This document shows positions 26,824 through 36,813 of a stretch of 64,000 bases of DNA, in pieces. Under the pieces are notes generated by a model, which was not told the DNA's origin, ran no database searches, and was given only the letters and a program-made list of their open reading frames with translations. The stretch comes from Bacteroidales bacterium M8. GTDB lineage: Bacteria > Bacteroidota > Bacteroidia > Bacteroidales > Muribaculaceae. Where the stretch lies: contig LUJS01000043.1 in assembly GCA_001689495.1 (NCBI GenBank), positions 21,095 to 85,094 of the forward strand, written 5' to 3'. How positions within the stretch are numbered: the stretch's first letter is position 1; every line of letters begins with the position of its first letter. A program made the translations under genes and the position numbers.

Positions 26824-26847
26824 GCCCCCGGCATTGCTGCCGAGGGC
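26824..26847 (-). terminator. terminator hairpin after lipoprotein paralog B
   Basis: gcccccggca-ttgc-tgccgagggc, a 10-bp stem with one mismatch. Confidence 0.5.
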
Positions 26848-26876
26848 CGATTGTATTGCATTACGATCGTCAGTAA

Positions 26877-27728
26877 TTACCAGACAAAGCTGATCTGCTC
26901 GTCATAGCCGCCCCACGGGTTCACCTCTTTGATATTCAGCAGGGTGGGGAGTCCGTTGGCGTTGAGTGTCCATTCGAAAGAGGTGTACTCGCCATCGTTG
27001 TCCGAGCCGGCATACTGCTGGCGGACGGGGAGATTCTTGGTGGCCTTGCCAAGCAGACCGGCATAGTAGGCGACTTCCATCTCGTCCATGTCTATCTGGA
27101 AGAGGTCGTCGAACAGCATGATGCCGCCCTTGTTGGCAATCGGTCTCTTCACGTTGTTGTCGGTGTACGAGATGTTGTAGATCGAGGGGGTCTGATGGTC
27201 GTCGCTGGTGGTGGCTCTGCTTGTGATGTCGCCGTTGGTGTATGTGATGCGGGTGACCTCGTTGTCGCCTTCGGTGCGCTTGAGATAGTTGAGCTGGCCA
27301 TCGGCGTTATACTCAAACCACCATTCGTCATCGCTGTACTCGGGATCCGAATAAACCTCGAGGGCGTATTTCACGAAACCCTTGTCGTTGAGCTGCATGT
27401 AGATGACGGTCTTGTCGGTCGGGTCATAGCTGTCATACTGTGTCAGCTTAACCTGAAACTCGGTGGCACGCGAGAATGTGCCGTATTCAAACTCGGCTGT
27501 CGACGTGTACGATTCGTCCTTGGTCTCGATCTTGGTCACCTGACCGTTTGAGTTTCTGACAATCTTGGTGTCGCCGATCTGCGAGGGGACGCCTTCGGGG
27601 AATACTTGGTCAATGACGGGTGCGTCGGGGCGCTTGGGGTCGTCGTTGTCGTCGTCGCTGCAAGAAGCCAGCGAGCAGGAAACCGTGGCAAGTACTGCCA
27701 TGGCTGCATACTTGAAAAGACTTTTCAT
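26877..27728 (-). CDS. hypothetical lipoprotein, paralog B (DUF4595-like; uncertain)
   Basis: Lipobox SLASCSDDD from internal Met MKSLFKY. Shares the blocks EFEYG.F, DEWW.EYN, TRITY..GD and AGLLGK..+NLP with paralog A. Confidence 0.65.
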   Translation of the reverse strand: MKSLFKYAAMAVLATVSCSLASCSDDDNDDPKRPDAPVIDQVFPEGVPSQIGDTKIVRNSNGQVTKIETKDESYTSTAEFEYGTFSRATEFQVKLTQYDSYDPTDKTVIYMQLNDKGFVKYALEVYSDPEYSDDEWWFEYNADGQLNYLKRTEGDNEVTRITYTNGDITSRATTSDDHQTPSIYNISYTDNNVKRPIANKGGIMLFDDLFQIDMDEMEVAYYAGLLGKATKNLPVRQQYAGSDNDGEYTSFEWTLNANGLPTLLNIKEVNPWGGYDEQISFVW

Positions 27729-27911
27729 TGCTGTTTGTGATTGGGGATTGTGTTTGTGGGGCACAAAAATACAATATTAAATCCGAATTATTACCCCCCC
27801 CAACTGTTAAAATATGTTACACGTCATGCGCTGTCGTCAGCAAAAAAACTGCGCGGCCCGTTTTGGCGGGTCGCGCAGAAGTTATGAGAGATTGTCTAAG
27901 AGACCTGATTA

Positions 27912-29411
27912 TCAGGCTTCGATCTTCTTGTAGCGGGGTACGAGCAGCTTCATGATGCACCAGCCTACCAGATAGGCCACGCCGCAGATGCAGAACACCA
28001 CGAAATAGCCCGCGGGCTTGCCCACATAGCTCATGAACGCCATGTTGGTCTGTGCTGCATAGTCGAAGAGCACGCCCGAGCCGAGGTTGATCAGGAACGA
28101 GCCGATGCCGCCGGCCATACCGCCGATGCCGATGATGGTGGCGATGGTGCTCTTGGGGAACATGTCACCCACGACAGAGTAGATGTTGGCCGACCAAGAC
28201 TGGTGGGCAGCACCTGCGATGCCGATGATGATGATGGGCATCCACTGCGACACCGAGCTCAGGGGCTGGGCCAGAAGTGCCAGCAGGGGGAAGAGTGCGA
28301 AGATGAACATGGCCTTCATGCGTGCCGAGTAGGGATCGACGGTGACGCCGCGCTTGGCCGCGTTGTCGATGAAGATAGTCGGCAGCTTGCCGCCATAGAT
28401 GGAGAGCATGGTGATCAGGTAGAGGACGAAGATCATGAGCATGCCCTCGCCGTGAGATGTCGACAGGCCGAACACGTCGGTGATGTAGGCGGGAGTCCAG
28501 AAGAGGAAGAACCACCACACGCCGTCGGTGAGGAACTTGCCGAAGAACACGGCCCATGTCTGGGGATAGGCGAAACACTTGAAGAAGGGGATCGTAGCGG
28601 TCTCGCTGTCCTCGACCTCGGCCTTCTCGCGGGCTGTCTCGTTCTTGTCCTCGTTGTCCTGCTCGATATAGGCGAGCTCGGCGGCATTGACATGGGGATT
28701 CTTGGCGGGCTCCTTGTAGAGGAACACCCAGAAGCCCATCCAGACAAAGCCGAGGGCACCGATGACGATGAATGCCATCTCCCAGCCGTTGCCCCAGCCT
28801 ATGCTCTGGAAGTATTTGGCGAGCGGGCCGATGGAGAACGGAGCGATGAGGGCGCCGACGGCCGAACCTGCGTTGAAGATCGAGGTGGCGTATGCGCGGT
28901 CACGCTTGGGGAAGTATTCGGCAGTCACCTTGATGGCTGCGGGGAAGTTGCCGGCCTCGCCGAGTGCGAGGATGGTACGGGCGGCAAGGAAGAAGTAGAC
29001 CGAGACGGTGGCGATGGTCATGGCCACGTCGCCGGTGGCCTCGAGGAGCTCGTGGGCGTTGTGCAGGCCCAGATAGTTCTCGGTGGCCCAGCCGCAGGCC
29101 GCGTGGAGGCAGGCGCCTGCCGACCACACGCCGATGGCCCAGAGATAGCCCTTCTTGGTGCCCATCCAGTCGATGAAGCGGCCTGCCAGAAGGTTGGCCA
29201 CGGCATAGACGATTGAGAACACGGCGGTGATGAGGCCATAGTTGGCGTCGGTCCAGTGGAACTCGGGAGAGATGAACTCCTTCCACGTCAGCGAGAGGAC
29301 CTGACGGTCCATGTAGTTGACGGTCGTGGCGAGGAAGAGTAACGCACAGATGGTCCAACGGAAGTTGGTCATCTTCTGATTGGCTGCCTGCAGGGGTGTC
29401 GTAGCTGCCAT
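27912..29411 (-). CDS. exuT: MFS hexuronate transporter (ExuT-like)
   Basis: FRWTICALLFLATTVNYMDRQVLS N-terminus, 12 TM. Lies 2 nt downstream of uxaC. Confidence 0.8.
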   Translation of the reverse strand: MAATTPLQAANQKMTNFRWTICALLFLATTVNYMDRQVLSLTWKEFISPEFHWTDANYGLITAVFSIVYAVANLLAGRFIDWMGTKKGYLWAIGVWSAGACLHAACGWATENYLGLHNAHELLEATGDVAMTIATVSVYFFLAARTILALGEAGNFPAAIKVTAEYFPKRDRAYATSIFNAGSAVGALIAPFSIGPLAKYFQSIGWGNGWEMAFIVIGALGFVWMGFWVFLYKEPAKNPHVNAAELAYIEQDNEDKNETAREKAEVEDSETATIPFFKCFAYPQTWAVFFGKFLTDGVWWFFLFWTPAYITDVFGLSTSHGEGMLMIFVLYLITMLSIYGGKLPTIFIDNAAKRGVTVDPYSARMKAMFIFALFPLLALLAQPLSSVSQWMPIIIIGIAGAAHQSWSANIYSVVGDMFPKSTIATIIGIGGMAGGIGSFLINLGSGVLFDYAAQTNMAFMSYVGKPAGYFVVFCICGVAYLVGWCIMKLLVPRYKKIEA

Positions 29412-29413
29412 GA

Positions 29414-30829
29414 TCAGAACTTGAAGAAGTTTTTGGCGTTGTTATAGCAGATGTCTTCGATCATCTGGTTCACACGCTGCTCCTCATAGCCGGTGTAGGG
29501 TATCTCGCCGTTCTCGATGTCGTTGCCGACAAGGTTGCAGAGCGTGCGACGGAAATACTCGTGGCGGGGATACGAGAGGAACGAGCGCGAGTCGGTGAGC
29601 ATGCCCACGAAGCGGCTCAGCAGGCCCAGCAGCGACAGGGCGTTCATCTGCTTCTGCATGCCATCCTTCTGGTCGAGGAACCACCAGCCCGAGCCGAACT
29701 GGATCTTGCCGGGGATAGAGCCGTCTTGGAAGTTGCCGAGCATCGTGGCGATGACCTCGTTGGCGCAGGGGTTGAGGTTATAGAGGATGGTCTTGGTGAG
29801 CTTGCCGCGGGTGTTGAGCTTGTCGAGGAAGCGTGCGCAAGACTTGGCGGTGTTGAACTCGCCGATCGAGTCGAAGCCGGTGTCGGGACCGAGCAGCTTG
29901 AACATCTTGCTGTTGTTGTTGCGGATGGCGCCATAGTGGAACTGCTGTGTCCAGCCCGAGTTGTAGTCCATCTCGCCGAACACGATCAGCATCGCGCTCT
30001 TGAACTTGTGTATCTCCTCGTCGGTCAGCTCCTTGCCTCCGTACACCTTGTCGAAGATGGCCTCGATTTCGGCGTCGGTATAGTCTGCGGCATAGAACTC
30101 CTCGATGCCGTGGTCAGAGAGGCGGCAGCCCATCTCCTCGAAGAAGTCGTGACGCTTCTGCAGCGCGTCGACCATGTCGGCAAACTTGCTGATGGTCACG
30201 CCCGAAACCTCCGAGAGCTTCTCGACGTATGCGCGGAACTCGGCGGGAACTTCGACGGCCATGGCCTTGTCGGGACGCCATGTGGGGAGCATTTTGATCT
30301 CGAAGCCGCTGTCGCGCACGGCCTTGTGATACTCGAGCGAGTCGACGGGATCGTCTGTCGTGCAGACGGTCTCGACGTTATAGCGGCGCATCAGGCCGCG
30401 TGCTGTCATGTTGGGGTCGTTGATCAGCTTGTCGTTGCAGACGTCGAAGATCTCCTTGGCGGTCTCGGGGTTGAGCAGCTTGTCGATGCCGAAAGCTGTC
30501 TTCAGCTCGAGGTGCGTCCAGTGATAGAGGGGGTTGCGGAAGGTGTAGGGTACGGTCTCTGCCCACTTCTGGAACTTCTCCCAGTCGGTGGTGTCCGTGC
30601 CAGTGCAGAAACGCTCGTCAACGCCGTTCGAGCGCATGGCGCGCCACTTGTAGTGGTCGCCGCCGAGCCAGATCTCGGTGATTGACTTGAATCTGTGGTC
30701 GTCGGCCACCATCTTGGGGATGAGGTGGCAGTGATAGTCGATGATGGGCATCTTGGCCGCATGCTCGTGATATAGTTTCTGCGCCGTGGGGGTCTGGAGC
30801 AGGAAATTCTCGTCCATGAAGGGTTTCAT
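29414..30829 (-). CDS. uxaC: glucuronate (uronate) isomerase
   Basis: MKPFMDENFLLQT..AQKLYHEHA..MPIIDYHCHL is the canonical UxaC N-terminus. 471 aa. Confidence 0.95.
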   Translation of the reverse strand: MKPFMDENFLLQTPTAQKLYHEHAAKMPIIDYHCHLIPKMVADDHRFKSITEIWLGGDHYKWRAMRSNGVDERFCTGTDTTDWEKFQKWAETVPYTFRNPLYHWTHLELKTAFGIDKLLNPETAKEIFDVCNDKLINDPNMTARGLMRRYNVETVCTTDDPVDSLEYHKAVRDSGFEIKMLPTWRPDKAMAVEVPAEFRAYVEKLSEVSGVTISKFADMVDALQKRHDFFEEMGCRLSDHGIEEFYAADYTDAEIEAIFDKVYGGKELTDEEIHKFKSAMLIVFGEMDYNSGWTQQFHYGAIRNNNSKMFKLLGPDTGFDSIGEFNTAKSCARFLDKLNTRGKLTKTILYNLNPCANEVIATMLGNFQDGSIPGKIQFGSGWWFLDQKDGMQKQMNALSLLGLLSRFVGMLTDSRSFLSYPRHEYFRRTLCNLVGNDIENGEIPYTGYEEQRVNQMIEDICYNNAKNFFKF

Positions 30830-30871
30830 AGGATTCAGGTTTGGTTTAGGAGGTTGATATGTGATTTGAGG

Positions 30872-32386
30872 TTAGAGTGTCACGCCGTTCTTGAAGATGG
30901 CAATCTCGTGGATGCCCGACTTCTCGGAGTTGACAAGCTCGCCGCTTGCCACGCGGAGCACGTATGCTGTGAAGTCTGCGACGACATCCTTCATCTCCTT
31001 GTCCTCGACGAGGACGCCGGCGTTGAAGTCGATCCACGTGGGCTTGCGTGTGGCCAGACCGGTGTTGGTCGACACCTTCATCGTGGGCACGAACGTGCCG
31101 AAGGGGGTGCCGCGTCCGGTGGTGAAGAGCACCATCTGGCAGCCTGCGGCGGCGAGGGCAGTCGAGGCCACGAGGTCGTTGCCGGGAGCCGAGAGCAGGT
31201 TGAGGCCGTGGTTGTGGATGCGCTCGCCATATTCGAGCACGCCGAACACGGGGCTCTTGCCCGACTTCTGGGTGCAGCCGAGGGCCTTTTCCTCGAGGGT
31301 CGAGATGCCGCCGGCCTTGTTGCCGGGCGAGGGGTTCTCGCCTACGGGCTCGCCGTGGCTCAGGAAGTATTCCTTGAAGTTGTTGATCAGCGAGATGGTC
31401 GATCCGAGCAGCTCGGGCGACGAGCAGCGCTCCATCAGGATGGTCTCGGCGCCAAACATCTCGGGCACCTCGGTCAGCACCGTCGTGCCGCCCTCTACGT
31501 CGCAGAGCCAGTCTGAGAACTCGCCCAGCAGGGGGTTGGCGGTGATGCCCGAGAATCCGTCAGAGCCGCCGCACTTCAGGCCGATGCGCAGCTTGGACGC
31601 GGGCTGGGTGGTGCGCACGCACTTGCGGGCGTTCTCATAGAGCTCGGTCAGCACCTTCACGCCATACTCGACCTCGTCGCCCTCGACTTCCTGACACACC
31701 ATGAACTTGACGCGGTCGCGGTCATAGTCGCCGCAGAACTCCTCGAAGACTCTGGGCTGGTTGTTCTCGCAGCCGAGGCCCACGACGAGTATGCCGCCGG
31801 CGTTGGGGTGGTGCACCATGTCGCGGAGTATCTTCTTGGTGTTCTCGTGGTCGTCGCCAAGCTGCGAGCAGCCATAGTTGTGGGGGAATCCGAAGATGCC
31901 GTCCACGCCCTTGGCGCCGGTCTCGGCGTTGACGCGGTCCACGATCTGCTTGACGATGCCGTTGACGCAGCCTACGGTGGGGATTACCCATATCTCGTTG
32001 CGGATGCCCACCTGACCGTCGGCGCGCTCGAAGCCCTCGAAAGTGGCCTCGGCGCCCTTGAGGCCCGAGCCGGGAGCGGCGGGGTTGGCGTCCTTGATGC
32101 TGATGTCCGAGTAGTCGAGCTGACCTGCAAGGTTGGTCTTGATGTCGTTGTGGTCGAGGAATGCGCCCTTGGCCACGGCATGGCGCGTGTGGCCGATGGG
32201 GAATCCGTATTTGATCACGTTCTCGCCCTCGGCCAGATCGCGCAGGGCAAACTTGTGGCCTGCGGGGATGTCGCTCACGAGGGTTATGTCACCGACGGAG
32301 TCGACGGTGACAACCGTCCCCTTGGACAGGGGATTGATTGCCACCGCGACGTTGTCCGCGGGATTGATCTTGATAAAGTCCTTCAT
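30872..32386 (-). CDS. uxaA: altronate dehydratase (UxaA family)
   Basis: SAF N-domain (IKINPADNVAVAI) plus a D-galactarate dehydratase/altronate hydrolase C-domain. 504 aa. Confidence 0.9.
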   Translation of the reverse strand: MKDFIKINPADNVAVAINPLSKGTVVTVDSVGDITLVSDIPAGHKFALRDLAEGENVIKYGFPIGHTRHAVAKGAFLDHNDIKTNLAGQLDYSDISIKDANPAAPGSGLKGAEATFEGFERADGQVGIRNEIWVIPTVGCVNGIVKQIVDRVNAETGAKGVDGIFGFPHNYGCSQLGDDHENTKKILRDMVHHPNAGGILVVGLGCENNQPRVFEEFCGDYDRDRVKFMVCQEVEGDEVEYGVKVLTELYENARKCVRTTQPASKLRIGLKCGGSDGFSGITANPLLGEFSDWLCDVEGGTTVLTEVPEMFGAETILMERCSSPELLGSTISLINNFKEYFLSHGEPVGENPSPGNKAGGISTLEEKALGCTQKSGKSPVFGVLEYGERIHNHGLNLLSAPGNDLVASTALAAAGCQMVLFTTGRGTPFGTFVPTMKVSTNTGLATRKPTWIDFNAGVLVEDKEMKDVVADFTAYVLRVASGELVNSEKSGIHEIAIFKNGVTL

Positions 32387-32396
32387 CCGTAGGGGA

Positions 32397-33884
32397 TTAT
32401 GCTTCTACGACTTCCTTGACGGTCTCGAGCATGCCCTTCTTCTGGATCTCGTCGAGATAGTAGGTGACGAGGTCGGTGAGGCCGGGAACCTCGTTGAGGT
32501 CGCCCTGAACGCCCCAGATGAGGTCCTTGGCTGCGAGGACGCCCTCGGCCACCTTGCGGGTGTCGCCTGTAGCCCAGAGCTCGGCGAGCAGGTCCATAAT
32601 CTTCTTGTCGTCGTTGGGCACGATTTCGGTGCCGTCCTCGCGCTTGCCGCCCTTATAGTAGGTGATGAGGGCTGCGAGACCGAGCACGAGACCCTTGGGC
32701 AGCTCGCCCTTGCGCTCGAGATATGTCTTGAGGCCGGGAAGGTCGCGGGTCTGGAACTTGGGGAACGAGTTGAGCATGATCGAGGTGACCTGATGGTCGA
32801 CGTAGGGGTTGTTGAAGCGCTCCAGAACGTCCGAGGCAAACTTCTTGAGCTCGTCCATGGGGAGGTTGAGGGTCTCCATGAGCTCCTCGAACTGCACCTT
32901 GTGGATGTACTTGCCGATGACGGGGTGGTTGCAGGCATCGCGCACGATGTTGACGCCGCTCAGGAATGCCACGGGCGACAGCACTGTGTGCGGGCCGTTG
33001 AGCAGGGTCACCTTTCTTTCGTGATAGGGAGCCTCGGAGTCGGTGATGAGCACGTGCAGGCCGGCCTTCTCGGCGGGGAACTCGGCACGGAGCTCGTCGA
33101 GGGTCATGTTCGAGGCGCGCTCGATGACCCAGAGGTGGAATGCCTCGCCCTGTACCACGATGTTGTCCTTGTAGCCGAGCTTCTCCTGAATGTCGGCGAT
33201 CTCCTTGCGGGGGAATCCGGGGACGATGCGGTCTACGAGCGTAGAGCATACGTAGTTGTGCTCGAGGAACCATGCGCGGAATCCCTCATAGTCGCTGCCG
33301 AGCTCCTCTTTCCAGAGGTCGATGTACTTGGTGATGCACTCCTTGAGGTGATGTCCGTTCTCGAAGATGAGCTCGCAGGGCATGATGATGAAGCCCTTGT
33401 CGGCAGCACCGTTGAATGTCTTGTAGCGGTGATAGAGCAGCTGTGTCAGCTTGCCGGGATATGAAGAGGCGGGACGGTCGGCCAGCTTGCAGGCGGGGTC
33501 GAATGTGATGCCGGCCTCGGTGGTGTTCGAGATGACGAAGCGCATCTCGGGCTGGTCGGCCAGCGCGAGGAATGCGTCGGTCTGGGTGAAGGGGCTGATG
33601 CCGCGGCTGATGACGTCCACTCGGGTGAACGAGTTGATGACCTCACCCTCGAGACGGCCCTGAAGGTTGACATGGTACAGGCAGTCCTGACCCTCGAGCA
33701 GCTGCATCACGAATGCGTCGGGCGTACCCTGAACAACGACTACGGACGAGTTGAAGTCTGTCTTGTCGTTCATGTTCTTGATGATCCAGTCCACGAATGC
33801 GCGGAGGAAGTTACCCTCGCCGAACTGGATGATTCTTTCGGGTGCAACTGCCTTGGGGGCAGTGAGTTTGTTTAAGGCTTTCAT
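32397..33884 (-). CDS. uxaB: tagaturonate reductase (altronate oxidoreductase)
   Basis: PERIIQFGEGNFLRAFVDWII closely matches the N-terminus of enterobacterial UxaB. 495 aa. Confidence 0.88.
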   Translation of the reverse strand: MKALNKLTAPKAVAPERIIQFGEGNFLRAFVDWIIKNMNDKTDFNSSVVVVQGTPDAFVMQLLEGQDCLYHVNLQGRLEGEVINSFTRVDVISRGISPFTQTDAFLALADQPEMRFVISNTTEAGITFDPACKLADRPASSYPGKLTQLLYHRYKTFNGAADKGFIIMPCELIFENGHHLKECITKYIDLWKEELGSDYEGFRAWFLEHNYVCSTLVDRIVPGFPRKEIADIQEKLGYKDNIVVQGEAFHLWVIERASNMTLDELRAEFPAEKAGLHVLITDSEAPYHERKVTLLNGPHTVLSPVAFLSGVNIVRDACNHPVIGKYIHKVQFEELMETLNLPMDELKKFASDVLERFNNPYVDHQVTSIMLNSFPKFQTRDLPGLKTYLERKGELPKGLVLGLAALITYYKGGKREDGTEIVPNDDKKIMDLLAELWATGDTRKVAEGVLAAKDLIWGVQGDLNEVPGLTDLVTYYLDEIQKKGMLETVKEVVEA

Positions 33885-33923
33885 TTTGTTTTACGTTATG
33901 TTTTGTTTCGGTTTAGATTCGTG

Positions 33924-34892
33924 TCATTTGGCCGGCTTCCAGTCTGTCGAGTGGCTGAATACCTTGTCGAGATCGGTCAGGGCTGCCGCAGTCTGCGCGT
34001 CGGGATTCGATGCCCACTGCACGCGCCCCTGTGCCTGTGCGCCGGGGCCCTTCGAGCCATACTCGCCATAGCGGGCGGTCTTCTCGTTGTCTGCGTTGTT
34101 CCAGTTGTGCCATCCCTCGGGGCGTATGTGCGAGCCCATCTCGCAGTTGATGAACATGGTGTGGGCATAGGGGCGCCACGGGCGGCCCAGATATACCTTC
34201 TTCACGTCGTCGGCTGCCGTAAGCCTGCATCCGTCAAAGACATAGCCCACGGCCACGTCCTCGGGTGTCGAGGCGGCGGTGATGTAGCTGTCGCGCTTGG
34301 AGTGGATGGTGCATCCCTTGAAGTAGGCCGTCGCGGGGCCGAAGATGAAGTCCGTAGTGCCCTCGATGTAACAGTTGTCGAAGAGCAGGCGGGTGTTCTT
34401 GCCGCCGGTGAAGACGGTGTCCTGATTGCCCAGAAAACGGCAGTTTGAGAAGTGCAGCTTGTCGCCTTCGGTGTGCAGCGCCACGGCCTGTCCGAGCTGC
34501 GGGGCGTTGTTCTCGATGGTCAAGTTCTTGAAAGTCACCTCCGAGGCATCGACCTTGACGGTATATGTGCGGAACGTGCCCATGTTGTCGATGTTGGCGT
34601 GGTGGTCGTTGGTGATGATGGTGCCTTCGGCCGACGCGCCCTCGAACACGACATTCTTGAGCCACGAGGGGATGACGATCTTCTCCTTATATATACCGTC
34701 TGCGATATGCACGGTGACGGTATAGTCCATGTATGCACGGATACCCTCGAGGGCCTCGGTCACGGTGGCATAGTCGCCCGATCCGTCCTGAGCCACGAAG
34801 ATGTCGTGCTTCCACTTGTCTGCACCCGAGGCCGACACTGCCATGAGCAGTGCGGCCACGAGTGTCAGCATTTTAGCTTTTATTGGTGTCAT
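33924..34892 (-). CDS. pectinesterase (CE8)
   Basis: VAQDGSGDY, QAVALHTEGD, GNQDT and DFIFG motifs. Signal peptide present. Confidence 0.9.
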   Translation of the reverse strand: MTPIKAKMLTLVAALLMAVSASGADKWKHDIFVAQDGSGDYATVTEALEGIRAYMDYTVTVHIADGIYKEKIVIPSWLKNVVFEGASAEGTIITNDHHANIDNMGTFRTYTVKVDASEVTFKNLTIENNAPQLGQAVALHTEGDKLHFSNCRFLGNQDTVFTGGKNTRLLFDNCYIEGTTDFIFGPATAYFKGCTIHSKRDSYITAASTPEDVAVGYVFDGCRLTAADDVKKVYLGRPWRPYAHTMFINCEMGSHIRPEGWHNWNNADNEKTARYGEYGSKGPGAQAQGRVQWASNPDAQTAAALTDLDKVFSHSTDWKPAK

Positions 34893-34910
34893 TAGCTGAT
34901 ATTCAGATTG

Positions 34911-36596
34911 TTATTTCGTAATACGGAACCAGTCTACGTCAAGCCATCCGCAGTCGTTGCTTACCCACGGACGCGAGCAGAACAGACCCACCTTGGCGCC
35001 GATCCAGTGGCCCTCGGTTATCTGGAGGGGCTGGCCGAAGTCGGTGAACTTCTTGCCGTCGAGGCTGTATGAGAATGTTGCCTCGCACTTGTAGTCGGGC
35101 TTCTTGACGGGCTTCTTCTCGCCGGTATATCTCACCTTGACGCGCAGGTAGAGGTCCTTGCCCGATTCGAGCTTGATCGACTCGCCTACCTCCTGCTTGC
35201 CACCCTTGTTGGCCTTTTTGCCGTGGATGTCAACCAGATAGATGCCGTCGGCGCGGCTCTCGAGGGCCAGCGCGCCATAATTGTAGCCCATCACGGTGAT
35301 GCCTGCCACCTCGCCGGCCTGTATCTTGCCGTCCTTCTCGCGGGGCCGGAAATCGACCTTGGCAGTCGCGGTGAAGTTGCGTGCGGGGAACTTCTGCAGC
35401 AGCATGTTGGGCATGTCATAGAGACGCTCGGCGCCGGGGGTGTTGACCGAGAAGAGGCGCAGCTTGGATGCCTTGGCGTCGGTGAAATACCACAGGGCCG
35501 AGGGGTTGCCCTTCCACTGCCACTGCAGGCCCAGCGAATTTGCGTCAAACTCGTCGCTCTCGGCGGGAGTGGCCTTGTCGTATGTCTTGCCCACGTTGGG
35601 TTTCTTGTATTTCTTTACAGGAGTGCCGCGGCCGTCGCCGTCGGGGTCAACGCCGATGACGGGGAAACCGTCCTCGTTCCACTTCATGGGCTGCAGGTGC
35701 ACCACGCGGCCATAGGGGCCCTTGTCTTGGAAGTGCAGGAACCAGTGCTCCTTGCCGTCGGGGGTGTCTACCCACGCGCCCTGATGGGGGCCGTTGGTGT
35801 CGGTGTCGCCCTGCTCCATCACGTTGCGCTCCTCATAGGGGCCCCATGGGCTCTTCGAGCGCATCACCTCCTGCCATCCGGTGGCCACGCCGCCCGACGG
35901 AGAGAATATCCAGTACCATCCGTCGCGCTTGTACATCTTGGCACCCTCGATGGTGGGGTTGTCGACGTGTCCGTCATATATGATGCGGTCCTGACCGATG
36001 GTCGACTTGCCGTCGGGGGTCATCTCGATCATGCCGATGATGCTCTTGTTGCCGGCGCGGCTGCCTGCATAGCCGTGGGCTATGTATGCCTTGCCGTCCT
36101 CGTCCCAGAAGGGGCAGGTGTCGATGATGCCCTTGGCCTTGTGCACGTGCACCAGAGGCTCCCACGGACCTGCGGGATTCTTGGTCTTGGTCATGAAGAT
36201 GCCCAGATCGGGGTCGCCGTAATAGATATAGAACTCGCCGTTGTGATAGCGTATCGAGGGAGCCCACACCGCGTTGCCGTGGCTGGGATCGGGCGCAGAC
36301 TGTGCATATTCGGGCATCTCGGCGATGGCGTGGCCGATGAGTGTCCAGTTCACGAGGTCCTTGGAGTGGAGTATGGGCAGGCCGGGGATGTCGCAGAAGC
36401 TCGATGCGGTCATATAATAGTCATCGCCCACGCGCACGACATCGGGGTCCGAATAGTCTGCGTCGATGACAGGGTTCTGATACTGGCCGTTGCCCAGATC
36501 GGGCACCCAGACTTCCGAGAGTTTGTTGCCTGCCTGTGCGGCTACTGATGCAGAGGCGGCAAGAGCCAGAAGTGTAAGGCGGGATAAGAGATTCAT
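34911..36596 (-). CDS. glycoside hydrolase family 43 with C-terminal beta-sandwich
   Basis: NPVIDADYSDPDVVRVGDDYYM...LHSKDLVNW five-bladed propeller N-terminus. Signal peptide. 561 aa. Confidence 0.85.
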   Translation of the reverse strand: MNLLSRLTLLALAASASVAAQAGNKLSEVWVPDLGNGQYQNPVIDADYSDPDVVRVGDDYYMTASSFCDIPGLPILHSKDLVNWTLIGHAIAEMPEYAQSAPDPSHGNAVWAPSIRYHNGEFYIYYGDPDLGIFMTKTKNPAGPWEPLVHVHKAKGIIDTCPFWDEDGKAYIAHGYAGSRAGNKSIIGMIEMTPDGKSTIGQDRIIYDGHVDNPTIEGAKMYKRDGWYWIFSPSGGVATGWQEVMRSKSPWGPYEERNVMEQGDTDTNGPHQGAWVDTPDGKEHWFLHFQDKGPYGRVVHLQPMKWNEDGFPVIGVDPDGDGRGTPVKKYKKPNVGKTYDKATPAESDEFDANSLGLQWQWKGNPSALWYFTDAKASKLRLFSVNTPGAERLYDMPNMLLQKFPARNFTATAKVDFRPREKDGKIQAGEVAGITVMGYNYGALALESRADGIYLVDIHGKKANKGGKQEVGESIKLESGKDLYLRVKVRYTGEKKPVKKPDYKCEATFSYSLDGKKFTDFGQPLQITEGHWIGAKVGLFCSRPWVSNDCGWLDVDWFRITK

Positions 36597-36664
36597 ATAT
36601 TTAATTTAAGGTGTAGTTCTGATGATTAAGGATTCGGTTACGGCCCGAAACTATAAATTGTGTC

Positions 36665-36672
36665 CAAAGTTA
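36665..36672 (-). promoter_or_regulatory. -7 box TAACTTTG (GH43-CE8-uxaBAC-exuT operon)
   Basis: Plus-strand caaagtta, 69 nt upstream of start 36596. Extended TCGTAACTTTG. Confidence 0.5.
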
Positions 36673-36750
36673 CGAAAATTCCCCCGAAATCTAATCAATA
36701 TTAACGGTGAAAAAATCAAAAAACCTTCAAAAAGGTCACCTTACGTCACT

Positions 36751-36791
36751 TTCCAAAACAAGAAAAGCCCTCGCCTTGTGGGGCGGGGGCT
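36751..36791 (-). terminator. intrinsic terminator of the GH28-GH105 gene
   Basis: On the minus strand, agcccccgcc-ccacaa-ggcgagggct followed by tttcttgttttgg. Confidence 0.65.
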
Positions 36792-36813
36792 GTGTGGGGG
36801 TGGGGGAGGGAGG

